The notes beneath the pieces were generated by a model. The model ran no database searches. It was given only the letters and a program-made list of their open reading frames with translations, and was not told the DNA's origin. Of a stretch of DNA of 64,000 nucleotides, positions 17,167 through 27,500 are shown piece by piece (the first letter of the stretch is position 1; the number at the start of each line of letters is the position of its first letter). The DNA is from Ruminococcus sp. (GTDB lineage: Bacteria > Bacillota > Clostridia > Oscillospirales > Ruminococcaceae), in contig JAEEVL010000019.1 in assembly GCA_016290875.1 (NCBI GenBank), positions 252 to 64,251 on the forward strand. The letters are read 5' to 3'. The translations under genes were made by a program, and so were the position numbers.

Positions 17167-17738
17167 AATGTCCCCTCCTTCATATCGTAACCCTCAGCAG
17201 AAAGCAGTTCTTTCAGCTTTTTGAGAGCTCTGCTGCATCGCATTCTCACCGTAGCCGGTGCCATTGAATGTTTATCAGCTATTTCGTTAGAGTTCATATT
17301 GTAATAGAATTTCTGAAGTATGATGTCTGAATCAGGTTCTCCGAGGCTGTTTATCAGCCGCAGTAGAGTAGTCCGCATTGCATTGCGTTCAGTTTTCTCC
17401 TCTACTCTCTCAGCATCGGCTATCTCATTGGCTTCATCTTCGATAGAAACAGTTTCTTTACCACGGATAAGCTTGCGGTAAGTCTGTATAGCTTTACGGT
17501 TAGCAATAACTCCTATATAGCCTTTCAGATCTCCGTCAAATCTGCCGTTACGGTCATAGCTTATGAAGACTGCCGAGAAAACATCTCCGACGCATTCCTC
17601 TATGTCCTCGCGTGTACCGCTGCTCCTCAGTTTATTGTAGACTATTGCGTATACATAATTGAGATATTCATCAAACAGAGCCGTCTGAGCAGAAGCAGGA
17701 TCTTTTTCATACATATTTCTGTATTCATTATCAGTCAT
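17163..17738 (-). CDS. ECF sigma factor
   Basis: EYLNYVYAIV...DIEECVGDVF...IILQKFYYNMNSNEIA...TVRMRCSRALKKL. Confidence 0.9.
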   Translation of the reverse strand: MTDNEYRNMYEKDPASAQTALFDEYLNYVYAIVYNKLRSSGTREDIEECVGDVFSAVFISYDRNGRFDGDLKGYIGVIANRKAIQTYRKLIRGKETVSIEDEANEIADAERVEEKTERNAMRTTLLRLINSLGEPDSDIILQKFYYNMNSNEIADKHSMAPATVRMRCSRALKKLKELLSAEGYDMKEGTL

Positions 17739-18017
17739 ATAACCACTCTCCTTGTTTCTAATATTAAAGCCAGTAGCGCTCAAGTGCTTTCATAACATAT
17801 ACTTGCAAATAACTATCAAAGTGTAACAGGAATTGCCCAAGTTTTTTTCTGATTCGATAGTTGAACTTCGTATTTCCATTATTATAATATAGTAAATTAT
17901 AATCAAGCCAAGCAAAAAAGTCAAGGATATGCAAGTGGATACCGCAACTGAAGTATTGACAAATCCATAATAAAATGATAAAATATACAGCGTATTAATA
18001 TTTAACAGGAGGACTTT

Positions 18018-18728
18018 ATGGAAATTTTAGCATTCCCCTATGCATTTGGTTCAGCAAATATATACTCAGATCTTAAAAACAGTCTCGGCAAAAAATGTGA
18101 CTTCTACGCTTTTGATTACCCCGGACACGGTTCACGCATCGAAGAAACACCGCTCAACTCTATTGATACTATAGCAGACGACGCTATACAGCAAATAAGC
18201 AGCTATATCAGCAAGCCCTACTGTCTTCTCGGCTATAGTATGGGAGGAAATGTCGTTTTTGAGATATATCAGCACCTCAAAAAAGCCGGTAAGCCGCTCC
18301 CTAAGTACATATTCATCCTTGCTTCCGGTGAGCCTAATTACGAACACGATCAATTTGAATTTGAAAAATACAACCTTGAGCAAGTTAAAGGCGTTCTGAG
18401 AGATAAAAACGGAACAAGCGAAGAAATACTCAGCGAAGATGAACTGATAGACCTTCTCTCACCTTCTATAATCGCAGACTCTGTGGCGCTTCGCGATTAT
18501 GATCCTTGTTCAGAGGATAAACAGCCTGTCGAATGCGGAGTTACAATAGTAAGAGGCAAACAGGAAGAGTCGCTCGAACACTGCAAGGAAAACTGGGAGA
18601 ACTACCTCAAGAGAAAAGCTGAGTATATTCTTGTTGACGGCAAACATTTCTTCCTGTTCCAGGGCACCGATGATGTCAAAAAGAAAGTCACCAACATCAT
18701 CTCCGAACGTCTTGATATATTACAATGA
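18018..18728 (+). CDS. Type II thioesterase
   Basis: FPYAFGS, YPGHGSR, GYSMGG nucleophile elbow, GKHFF. Confidence 0.85.
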   Translation: MEILAFPYAFGSANIYSDLKNSLGKKCDFYAFDYPGHGSRIEETPLNSIDTIADDAIQQISSYISKPYCLLGYSMGGNVVFEIYQHLKKAGKPLPKYIFILASGEPNYEHDQFEFEKYNLEQVKGVLRDKNGTSEEILSEDELIDLLSPSIIADSVALRDYDPCSEDKQPVECGVTIVRGKQEESLEHCKENWENYLKRKAEYILVDGKHFFLFQGTDDVKKKVTNIISERLDILQ

Positions 18729-19384
18729 TAAACTCCTGCAATCACTTATATATCCTTAATACTGCACAGCTTGATAACAATGGGCTTTTCAGCTTGTGGT
18801 ACGATAAAATGCCTGAATACCGCAAAAAGAAAATAGATGCTTTCCGCTTTATGAAGGATAAGAAGCTTTCTCTCGGCGCAGGTGTACTGCTTTACAAGTG
18901 CTTTGAACAGATTGGCATATCCGAACCTGAAATCGTATACAACAAATATGACAAGCCAGCTTTAGCCGGAAATTCATCACTTCATTTCAATCTGTCTCAT
19001 TCCGGACAGATAGCTGTCTGTGCTGTTTCAGATCAGCCTGTCGGAGCAGATGTAGAAGTAAAACAGCATTTTGAAGAGCATTTAGTCGAGCAGATATACT
19101 CTCAGGATGAGATTCAATATGTCACTTCGCATTTTTCTGATCCTGATGACGGATACACTCTTATATGGACAGTTAAAGAGAGTATCATGAAATACCTTGG
19201 CACAGGTTTGTCCCTTGTACCAGAAAAAATCAAAGTTGATCTCGAACAGCCGATAAAGGCAGTTTGTAGCGAACATCATATTGATGACTTATATTTCTCA
19301 AACTATCGTTTAGACGGATATTCTGTAACTGTATGCTCAGAATATGAAAACTTTACAGATTCCCCCGAATGGATACAACTGTAA
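18725..19384 (+). CDS. Sfp-type 4'-phosphopantetheinyl transferase
   Basis: KPAL...HFNLSHSG...VGADVE...WTVKESIMKYLGTG. Confidence 0.9.
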   Translation: MINSCNHLYILNTAQLDNNGLFSLWYDKMPEYRKKKIDAFRFMKDKKLSLGAGVLLYKCFEQIGISEPEIVYNKYDKPALAGNSSLHFNLSHSGQIAVCAVSDQPVGADVEVKQHFEEHLVEQIYSQDEIQYVTSHFSDPDDGYTLIWTVKESIMKYLGTGLSLVPEKIKVDLEQPIKAVCSEHHIDDLYFSNYRLDGYSVTVCSEYENFTDSPEWIQL

Positions 19385-19399
19385 TCTATAAATGAAATA

Positions 19400-19448
19400 C
19401 CCGGTCACGGTGTTGTCCTATACTGGAACACCTGACCGGGTTGTTTTT
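19400..19448. terminator. Terminator between convergent genes
   Basis: CCCGGTCA...TGACCGGG + TTGTTTTT. Confidence 0.7.
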
Positions 19449-21531
19449 ATGTTAAATCGCTGCAAAATATAATATCCTCTCCGTTGAGTGTGAGGATGAA
19501 CTGTCCGTTAGTCGAAACGACGTTGCCGCGATCGATATGATCATCGACATTCATTGGAGTATAGAGGATTATATGTGTATCAGCTGTATCCTGACGTATT
19601 GAGGAAGTTCCTGCAAATCCACCTGCACCAAGAGCCTGATTGCCTGAGGAAGTTATCCTTATTGAAGCTCGGGCAACCGAAAGATCTGTATGTCCTTCAA
19701 GTGCAGCGACAGCAGAACAGCGTTCACCTTTCATAGAGATAATACAGCTGGCTTCCTGTATATCAACTTCTGCATACTCGCCGTTAAGGGTACCTATACC
19801 GACAAGCTCAATACCGGACATAAAGATTTTCATCGAAGTTTTGAAAATCTTGATACTGCTTCGTCTGCCAACAGAACCAACAGCCGTTCCTCTCGCGGAA
19901 GTCATTTCCATACCTATGTCACAATCATGGATAACAAGCTCACTTTCAGAATATACAGAACCTATGCCAAGGCAAACATCTCCCTGCAAATTAAGACGAT
20001 ACTGTCCTGAGTTGATATGTATAGGACCGCCGCTTCCAGAACCTATCGCAACACCGGTCTCGCCGTTTGCGTTTATAGTTATCCTGCCGGATTGTTCAAA
20101 GACAAGTTCGCCGTGCAGAAGACCTATTCCGTTGCCAATTCCGTAGTATTCGGGAGAATGAAGGTTTATCTCAAGTCTTCCTTCACCCGATACAGTAAGC
20201 TTAGAGGATTCCGGAACACGTATCCCACCTGCGTCCAGCCTGTTATCGCCGATAAGGATAAGCTCTACTTCATTATCCTCACCAATGTCTATGCAAGGCT
20301 TGCTTTTAATACTTGTGAGCCATGAATTTACAAGAATTAGCTTTCCTTTAAAGCCTTTACGTGTTTCTATACGTATTTGTGTATCAGTATTTGTATCGCC
20401 CTCAAGAGTTACGTCCCCGCTGCCATTCTCCCCTATTTTAATACATTTCATATCCGACTTAGTGAGCCGTTCGAGAAGAATTCGTTCAGAGCAGTCTGCG
20501 ATATATACCTGCTGACCGATACCGTTCTCACGCTCCTGATGATATTTCTTTATCATGTTTTTTATATCATCGGGAATCGAACTGATAATCTCAGGGGCAG
20601 GTTTAGCCGTAAAATATCCTTGGACAAGGTCGGCTCCAAGAAGTATGACAGCATGAAGTTCCTCTGCTGTTTCGACACCTTCTGCAAGTGCAAGAATGTC
20701 ATTTTCGTGACAGAACTGTATTATTTCACGGACAAAATGCCGTTTCTTAGGACTTTCCTGGATATTACTCAGCAGGGAACGGTCTATCTTTACGAAATTA
20801 GGCATATAGCGCAGCAGGTTCCCCGCATTTGAATAGCCTGAGCCGTAGTCGTCGATAGCCATTCTGATACCCATATTTCTGTATCTTTCTTTGAGAGCTT
20901 CAAGATCTTCATCGTTTATCTCAGACTGTTCTGTCATTTCAACGACTGCAGTATCTGCGTGCTTCAGAAGCATTCCTGTAACACGCCTGTAATCCTCAAC
21001 ATTCAGTTTAGCCTCGGGAATACTGTTTATAAATACAAATTTGCCAGCAAAATCGCTTTTCCTCGAATCTATTATTTCCAGTACGTTAAGAAAAGTTCCG
21101 CGCTCTATATCGGGAAGTCTGTTCACAAGTGCAGCATATTTTAGTATATGCAGAGGTGAGAGCTTCATGGAACTCTTAGGACGCATCAGAGCTTCATATG
21201 AATATATCTCGCCGTCAGATGTATTCACGATAGGCTGAAAGTAGTAATCAAAAAGGTTTTCGTCGATTATACGATCAGTCTCTTTTAGCTCCGCACGCTC
21301 GTTCTCAGTAAGAGAGGCAAGTTTATGGTCAGCTATACCATTGAAATTCTTCAAGCTCAAAAGCATTTCTGAGAGAATGTCCACATCATTGATTATGAGT
21401 TTCTCCTCATCGCCGGTATACATGCTCCGGAATTTGTCCAATAGCTCATAGCGCTCATTTTCTGATGAAAGTGCTATCACATTACCAAGCAAGCTATGTA
21501 TCCAGCTGTAATCGCAGCTGTTCTTTTCCAT
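19447..21531 (-). CDS. EAL-domain c-di-GMP phosphodiesterase with C-terminal beta-helix-like domain
   Basis: FQPIV..YEALMRP, FINS, IDDYGSGYS, VKIDRS, EGVET, QGY motifs; Gly/Ile-rich repetitive C-terminus. Confidence 0.85.
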   Translation of the reverse strand: MEKNSCDYSWIHSLLGNVIALSSENERYELLDKFRSMYTGDEEKLIINDVDILSEMLLSLKNFNGIADHKLASLTENERAELKETDRIIDENLFDYYFQPIVNTSDGEIYSYEALMRPKSSMKLSPLHILKYAALVNRLPDIERGTFLNVLEIIDSRKSDFAGKFVFINSIPEAKLNVEDYRRVTGMLLKHADTAVVEMTEQSEINDEDLEALKERYRNMGIRMAIDDYGSGYSNAGNLLRYMPNFVKIDRSLLSNIQESPKKRHFVREIIQFCHENDILALAEGVETAEELHAVILLGADLVQGYFTAKPAPEIISSIPDDIKNMIKKYHQERENGIGQQVYIADCSERILLERLTKSDMKCIKIGENGSGDVTLEGDTNTDTQIRIETRKGFKGKLILVNSWLTSIKSKPCIDIGEDNEVELILIGDNRLDAGGIRVPESSKLTVSGEGRLEINLHSPEYYGIGNGIGLLHGELVFEQSGRITINANGETGVAIGSGSGGPIHINSGQYRLNLQGDVCLGIGSVYSESELVIHDCDIGMEMTSARGTAVGSVGRRSSIKIFKTSMKIFMSGIELVGIGTLNGEYAEVDIQEASCIISMKGERCSAVAALEGHTDLSVARASIRITSSGNQALGAGGFAGTSSIRQDTADTHIILYTPMNVDDHIDRGNVVSTNGQFILTLNGEDIIFCSDLT

Positions 21532-21698
21532 GATCTCTCCTCCTCTCTTTAGTAAAATCAATATTTTATTAATTATACCATAGTTATCTTAACTTTTCAA
21601 GAATTTTACTCAAAATTGTATAATTGCACAAAAGTTGCCGTCCATGATTACTCACAGGCGGCAGCTGCTAACTATGCTATTATATCTAAATTTATACT

Positions 21699-24539
21699 CT
21701 AAAATTTTAATAGTCCAATGAGATCAAATACTTTATCTCTGAGTTCTTCAATAGAGTTTGGTGCATCATCAAATACATCATATAGAGTTGTTGCTGTATC
21801 ATATGCTTCAAGAACTATATCGAGCATTTCACCGACAATTCCCATTCCAGCACCGCCAACAGTGCTACACATTGCACCGAAAGCTGCAACTGTATCAGCT
21901 ATATTTTGGTAAGTAAAGGCTTCGAAATCTTCCATCATTGCGTCGCCTTCTTCAACATATTTGAAGATATAATCTAATGAATCGAACGACATCTCATAAG
22001 CTGAAGCTAAAGCCTCAGCACTGCTTATTACATTTACAACACCTAGTGATAAAGTGGCATTGTCGTTTGTGAATTCACCTTTATAAACTCTGGCTGTTCC
22101 TACTGCCATTCCAACCAATGCCATTCCAGCATTGACAACTGAAAGCATAAGATTAATATTAAGTAGTTGTTCAAATGTATGAGATGCACCACCTGCTGTA
22201 CCACCTGAGATCATATAAGATGCAGAACCAGTCTTCATATCATAAGCGATATACGCAGTACCTGTCCAGTCTCCTATTGTAAGAGTCTCAGGAAGCGCTT
22301 CAACCGACATTCCCTTATTGATAAAGTTTCTTATCTCCTGCTTTACAGAAGCTGATATATTACACTTGGCAAGTTCTTCTTCCACGTTGCTTCTTGTCAT
22401 ATAGAGTGAGTCTATGCCCTTTGCATGAGCTGCATTTAATACAGCTACTGTTGATATGCCACTCTTATTACTGTCAACGAGCTTCTCCCACACAGAGCCT
22501 TCGCAGTATGACTCAACATTGCCGACTGTCATATTAAATTTCTTCTCGGTATCCTTGTTTCCGTCACGGCTAATGACGTTCATGTTGTTATATGCAACGT
22601 CTATATGGAAAGAACCGTATTCAAGTGAATCAACTATGCCAAGTGAATAATGACTGCCGAATTCATAGCTTGTTATAGCCAGACCAAGCTGTCTTGATCT
22701 CTCGATGTTCATTATTGATGTGTAGATAGCTTCCTGACTGTCACAAAGTCCGAAGTAATACTTTCCTGAATAATCAAGAAATGCACCCATTATTTCAGGA
22801 GAATATGAGTTTTGTGAAGCTGCATCCTGCTGAACCTTCTTTATTCTCTCTTCGGCCTTTTCAGCATCAACGCTGTCGATATTCTGCAGATCAAGATTGA
22901 TAGCATACATAGAACCTGCATAAACGCTGTCATCAAGGATAGTTGTACCGGTGCCGTCCTTTATGCTTGTAAGCATTTTCTGTGCAGAACCGAGAGATAC
23001 TGACTTCTTACCGACATACTTGCTGTCACCACAGGTAACTACCGGAACAACATCAACAAGATATGCAGGAACATCAGTAAGGTTCTCATAGCGGTCCATA
23101 ACTGCCTTGTCAGAGCTGCCTGCTGGCTCATATGATACCACAAGCGGTTTCTTGTAAATGTCTGAAACATACTCACTGAAGAGCTTTTCGCCTGCTACTG
23201 TAATGCTTACAGCAGCCTTGTCTTCGTCCTTGATGAATGAATATCTCTGATCTGCTTCAAGAACTGTATACGGAAGTGATGACGGAATATACTCATCCTT
23301 GGATTCAACGATTATCCTGGAATAAAGATCAACCTTTTCAGCGTTGGTCTCTATATCGTCAAACATCTTTGGATAATCCTTTTTTGCATCATCAACGATC
23401 TTGAGAAGTTCCTTATCTTTTTCACTATATGATGTTTCAACAGACTCTGTCTTTATCTCGACCTTCTTGAATGAAGGATCAAGCTGTACCCATACGCTTT
23501 CACCGCTGGCATTTCCTGCTCCGCGGTAGTCTGTATACGGAACATATGCTTCTACCCATGTATGGTACATCCTATAACCGACGAGTTCGCCATTATGTGT
23601 GAGCTTTGCTGTATTTCTGTATCTTGAAGAGAGAATACGTCCTGCACTTGAAGCGTCCTTTGCTCCAGTTATCTCAACAGCTTGTTCAGGTGTTATCCTT
23701 ACAGTACCGCTCATAAATCTTGCAGGTATTCCCTTTGCTCTGAGAAGTGACACAAGCAGTCCTGCCTGATCTATGTCATTTCCACCGAGCTGTTCAAGAG
23801 TTATCGAAGCATCTTTCTTTGAACCGGCGTATGCTTCGTATGCTATACCGTTCTTTACAAATAAGTATATATCCTTTGCACTTCCGAGTGTATCTGCAAG
23901 TGCTTTAATAGCTATCGGATCAGATACGCCTTTGTCATATACAAGATCATCAGCTGTTGCTGCCGGTGATACTATCTCAGCATTTTTGGCAGATTCACTT
24001 GCAGCAACCGTCTGTTCAACAGGCTGAACTGCAATATTAGGAGTTGCATCAGATCTGTGGTATTCTTCATCTTCTGCCATATCTGCACTTATAACAGCAA
24101 GATTAGCTTCTGTGTTTATACCAGCTCTCAGTTCTGTCAGAGCTTTAACTGTCTCGGAATACTTAACATTCATCTGACTCTTATAGCTCTGCTGACGAGC
24201 TATTATCTCATCATCTGCCCATGAGCTTATATCCGCTGCGACTGCTTCTATTTCAGCCTTTGACGCATCAAGCTCAACTATCATACTGTCGCAGAGCTGT
24301 GCTATCTTGTCAGTATCATTATTCTCGCAGGCATTGCTTAGTCTTTCAACTGCTGAAAGGGGTTCTTCAACTATTACCGCTTCCGCAGGAGCTTTAATAT
24401 TGGTCTGTGATACATATCCGGCTACCTTCGCAGGCTCTGCCTTAATTCCTGATTCACCTGCATAGCTTGCTGTGAGGTTCACAGTAAAGGCTGCGGCTGT
24501 GACGAAGGCTACCGCTTTAAATATATTATTAGTTTTCAT
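21699..24539 (-). CDS. Secreted transglutaminase-like domain protein with hydrophobic C-terminal tip
   Basis: Signal peptide; GGNDIDQAGLLVSLLRAKGIPARF..G, HTWVEAY, WVQLDPS; YMISGGTAGG precedes tip. Confidence 0.8.
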   Translation of the reverse strand: MKTNNIFKAVAFVTAAAFTVNLTASYAGESGIKAEPAKVAGYVSQTNIKAPAEAVIVEEPLSAVERLSNACENNDTDKIAQLCDSMIVELDASKAEIEAVAADISSWADDEIIARQQSYKSQMNVKYSETVKALTELRAGINTEANLAVISADMAEDEEYHRSDATPNIAVQPVEQTVAASESAKNAEIVSPAATADDLVYDKGVSDPIAIKALADTLGSAKDIYLFVKNGIAYEAYAGSKKDASITLEQLGGNDIDQAGLLVSLLRAKGIPARFMSGTVRITPEQAVEITGAKDASSAGRILSSRYRNTAKLTHNGELVGYRMYHTWVEAYVPYTDYRGAGNASGESVWVQLDPSFKKVEIKTESVETSYSEKDKELLKIVDDAKKDYPKMFDDIETNAEKVDLYSRIIVESKDEYIPSSLPYTVLEADQRYSFIKDEDKAAVSITVAGEKLFSEYVSDIYKKPLVVSYEPAGSSDKAVMDRYENLTDVPAYLVDVVPVVTCGDSKYVGKKSVSLGSAQKMLTSIKDGTGTTILDDSVYAGSMYAINLDLQNIDSVDAEKAEERIKKVQQDAASQNSYSPEIMGAFLDYSGKYYFGLCDSQEAIYTSIMNIERSRQLGLAITSYEFGSHYSLGIVDSLEYGSFHIDVAYNNMNVISRDGNKDTEKKFNMTVGNVESYCEGSVWEKLVDSNKSGISTVAVLNAAHAKGIDSLYMTRSNVEEELAKCNISASVKQEIRNFINKGMSVEALPETLTIGDWTGTAYIAYDMKTGSASYMISGGTAGGASHTFEQLLNINLMLSVVNAGMALVGMAVGTARVYKGEFTNDNATLSLGVVNVISSAEALASAYEMSFDSLDYIFKYVEEGDAMMEDFEAFTYQNIADTVAAFGAMCSTVGGAGMGIVGEMLDIVLEAYDTATTLYDVFDDAPNSIEELRDKVFDLIGLLKF

Positions 24540-27500
24540 TATTGCTGCCTCCTGTCATTTTTAATACAACAAGTCCTGCAAGACTGAATATCGATATCAG
24601 CCACATATACGCAGGTATCCGTTTATCACCTGTTTTAGGTGAGTCTTCTACAGCTGCTGTTGTGGTTTCAGTAATTGTCTCCGTAGTTTCAACTGCTGGA
24701 GGTGCCAGTTCAAATCCGTCATAGTCAAGATCAGAGGTCTCACCGTTGTATACTGCCTTGAGAACTCCGGAATAGCGTCCGTCTGACGGCTCGGGGAGAT
24801 CAAAAGTTTCTCTTATACTGATAGTCTCGCCAGCCATGATATCAACAGTCTTCTTAAAGGTGTATACAGCATTGTCAGAACCTTCCTTGTATGCTATGAT
24901 CGAGATCTCAACATTTTCAAGGTCTGTACTTCCTGAATTCTTGACGGTTGCTTCAACAGTTCCCTTTCCATCACTTCCGTTAAGATCAAGTGTTCCTGAT
25001 ATTGATGCTACATTAGCTGTAACTTCAAACTCTGCTTCATCCTCTGATAAAACTGTCTCGTCCTGAAGAACAACTGCTTTAGCTACATGCTTTCCGCTTG
25101 TGAGCTTCTCAGGTTCAAGTGCATCGTGATAGCTTATATCGTCAGAAGGCTCTACCATACCGATATTGTGCTCATATGAAGCAACCTCAGTATTATCATC
25201 AGTTCTGTATACAGTTACAAGAAGTCTAACTTCGTTCTCTGTCATAGCTGCGCTTTCATTGAAAACTCTGCTGTCGAGGTTCACAGGTTCACCTTCAAGA
25301 TAAGTCTGTTTATCGCTGACAATAGTATTGACAACGCTCTTTTCATTGGCTATCCTGAATACTGTTTCGTCTTCTGCGATCACTTCATCGCCATTCATCC
25401 AGCTGATAACTGCCTTATAGCGTCCAACTGTCTCCGTGGGAATTATCCATTCAGTCTCATTCTCGACCTTTTCACCTGCTGCAAGTGTCTTATCCTTTTC
25501 ACTTACAAGCTCAGCTGCTGTCATTCCTGCTTCATCTGTGATAACTATCTTCACATCAGCAGTTCTGCCGAATAGCTCAGCCAGCGTATCAGCATCGATA
25601 GTTACCTTATCGCCGTAAGAGTATACCTTTTTGTCCGTAATTATCTTTGTCTTAACATCATCCTCAGCAAAAGGCATGATATACTCCTCACTGACATTTC
25701 CAGCCTTATCTATTGCAAATATGTGGATAAACTGAGGTTGGATGAAATCAGTCGGCTCAGCTGAAAGAGATGCTGTTCCAGTTCCGTCAGCCGGAACTAT
25801 GTCAAGTATCTGATCTCGCTTTTCGTTGTATTCAAGAAGATCAGGATCCGGATCAGAGCTTCCGCTTACTTTGATGACAAATCCTGCAAGTCCGCTTAAT
25901 ACTGTGTGTGAACGAACATTTGAAAGTACACTGTCAGAATCAGGTGACTCAGGTGTGGCTGTAATGTAATAGTCATATGTTGTTGCGTGGTCGGTTGACT
26001 TAACTTTAACATTAGCCTTGCCGTTTTTGTACTCAGATGAGATGAATGACGGCTTGTCCGGAGCATCAACATCATAGAATGAAGCGTCCTTTGCAGTGGT
26101 CTGCTGTGATATCTGATAGAGGTAGAAGAGTGTATTCGCAAGTACCTTTCTCTCATCATCAGTTGCCTGACCTGTACTGTCACCTGTCTGTATCATACCG
26201 AGATTGTTCTTTGTTGCAAGGTAGAAACCATCGGTGTAACCTGTATCAGGATCAGTACGCTTGGTATTGTTAAGAGTTATCCACTCGATAGCGTCCTTGA
26301 TGTACTGTCCGGAGGTGTGTGTGTTAGGAACAGTAAGGTCACCTCTTATTACCCAAGGGTAGTTAGTAAGAGTTCCGACTTTAACTACGGATACTGATGT
26401 AGTTCTGTAAACATTGTTAGGACCTACCCACAGACCTGCCTGATCTGCGAATGTGTTGAAGTTCCTCTGCCATATCGTATCATGTCCGAATAGAACGCCT
26501 CTTCCGCTGTCGATAAACTTCTGTAGCTCAGGCATAGCTTTTGTACTAAGGTCAATATTTCCGTTACAGTCAGCAGAACCAAAGAAAATAACATCACACT
26601 TCCAGCTTCCGTCATCATTGTAAAGGTACTTCTCAGGATCGTTGTTAAATGTTGAGATATGTACAGGTTCTATATTGAAAATTCCCTTACCAGCAGGAGT
26701 TTCGGTATCGCTTATAGTAGTATTCATCCACTCAACGAGATAAGGATCTCTCGGATATACATTGAGGACTTTTATGTGCTCTTCCTCATTCCATATAGAA
26801 CGAGGCTCCCATTTCCCACCGTTTGTCCTTCTGTTAAGCTGATAGCTGTAGCTCTCGGCATCGTTACTGATGTCGTTCCATGAAATATTTACCATATTGT
26901 CCTGGTCAGCTGCAACAGAGCTGTTCATTACAAGGCTCTGTACAGGCTTATCAACTACTGTTACCTTGCGCTTGTTCTCTTTCAGGAGATTGCCTGCACT
27001 GTCGTAGAGTTTGCCGGTAACTGTATATTCTCCGGCTTTCTTGACAGTAAATGCCAGCTGATCTTCGTTCTTATACACAGGGAATTCAGCCTTGCCTTCA
27101 TAATATGTAGGCACACCCTTTTCAAGTTCAACATCAAAGCTTGTCTCTGTGATGAGTTCATCGCCGCTGTATACGCCAAGCTCAACTTTACCGTTGAATT
27201 TACCGTTGGAATAGTAGTTAATCTCAGCACCTGCAGAGATCTCCTTCTCATTTCCGGCATACACATAGTAATTGCTGAGTATAGGTCCGAACCATGTTAC
27301 TTCAAACTGTGATGCTACTCCGTCCTCGGGAGTTCCCTCAATAACGGGAGCTTTTATTACATTGAACTCGCTCTCGCCCTGGAGTATCTCCTTGCCGTTG
27401 TAGATACAGACTGATTTAATAGTGTACTTGCTGGGCTTAGAAGTATCTGCCTTGAACTTGAGAGGTTCAGGTGATACTGAATTCTTCTCAGGCAGAAGAA

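Noticed and set aside
18018-19384. NRPS/PKS biosynthetic cluster
   Set aside because: No A, C, KS or carrier domains in the window
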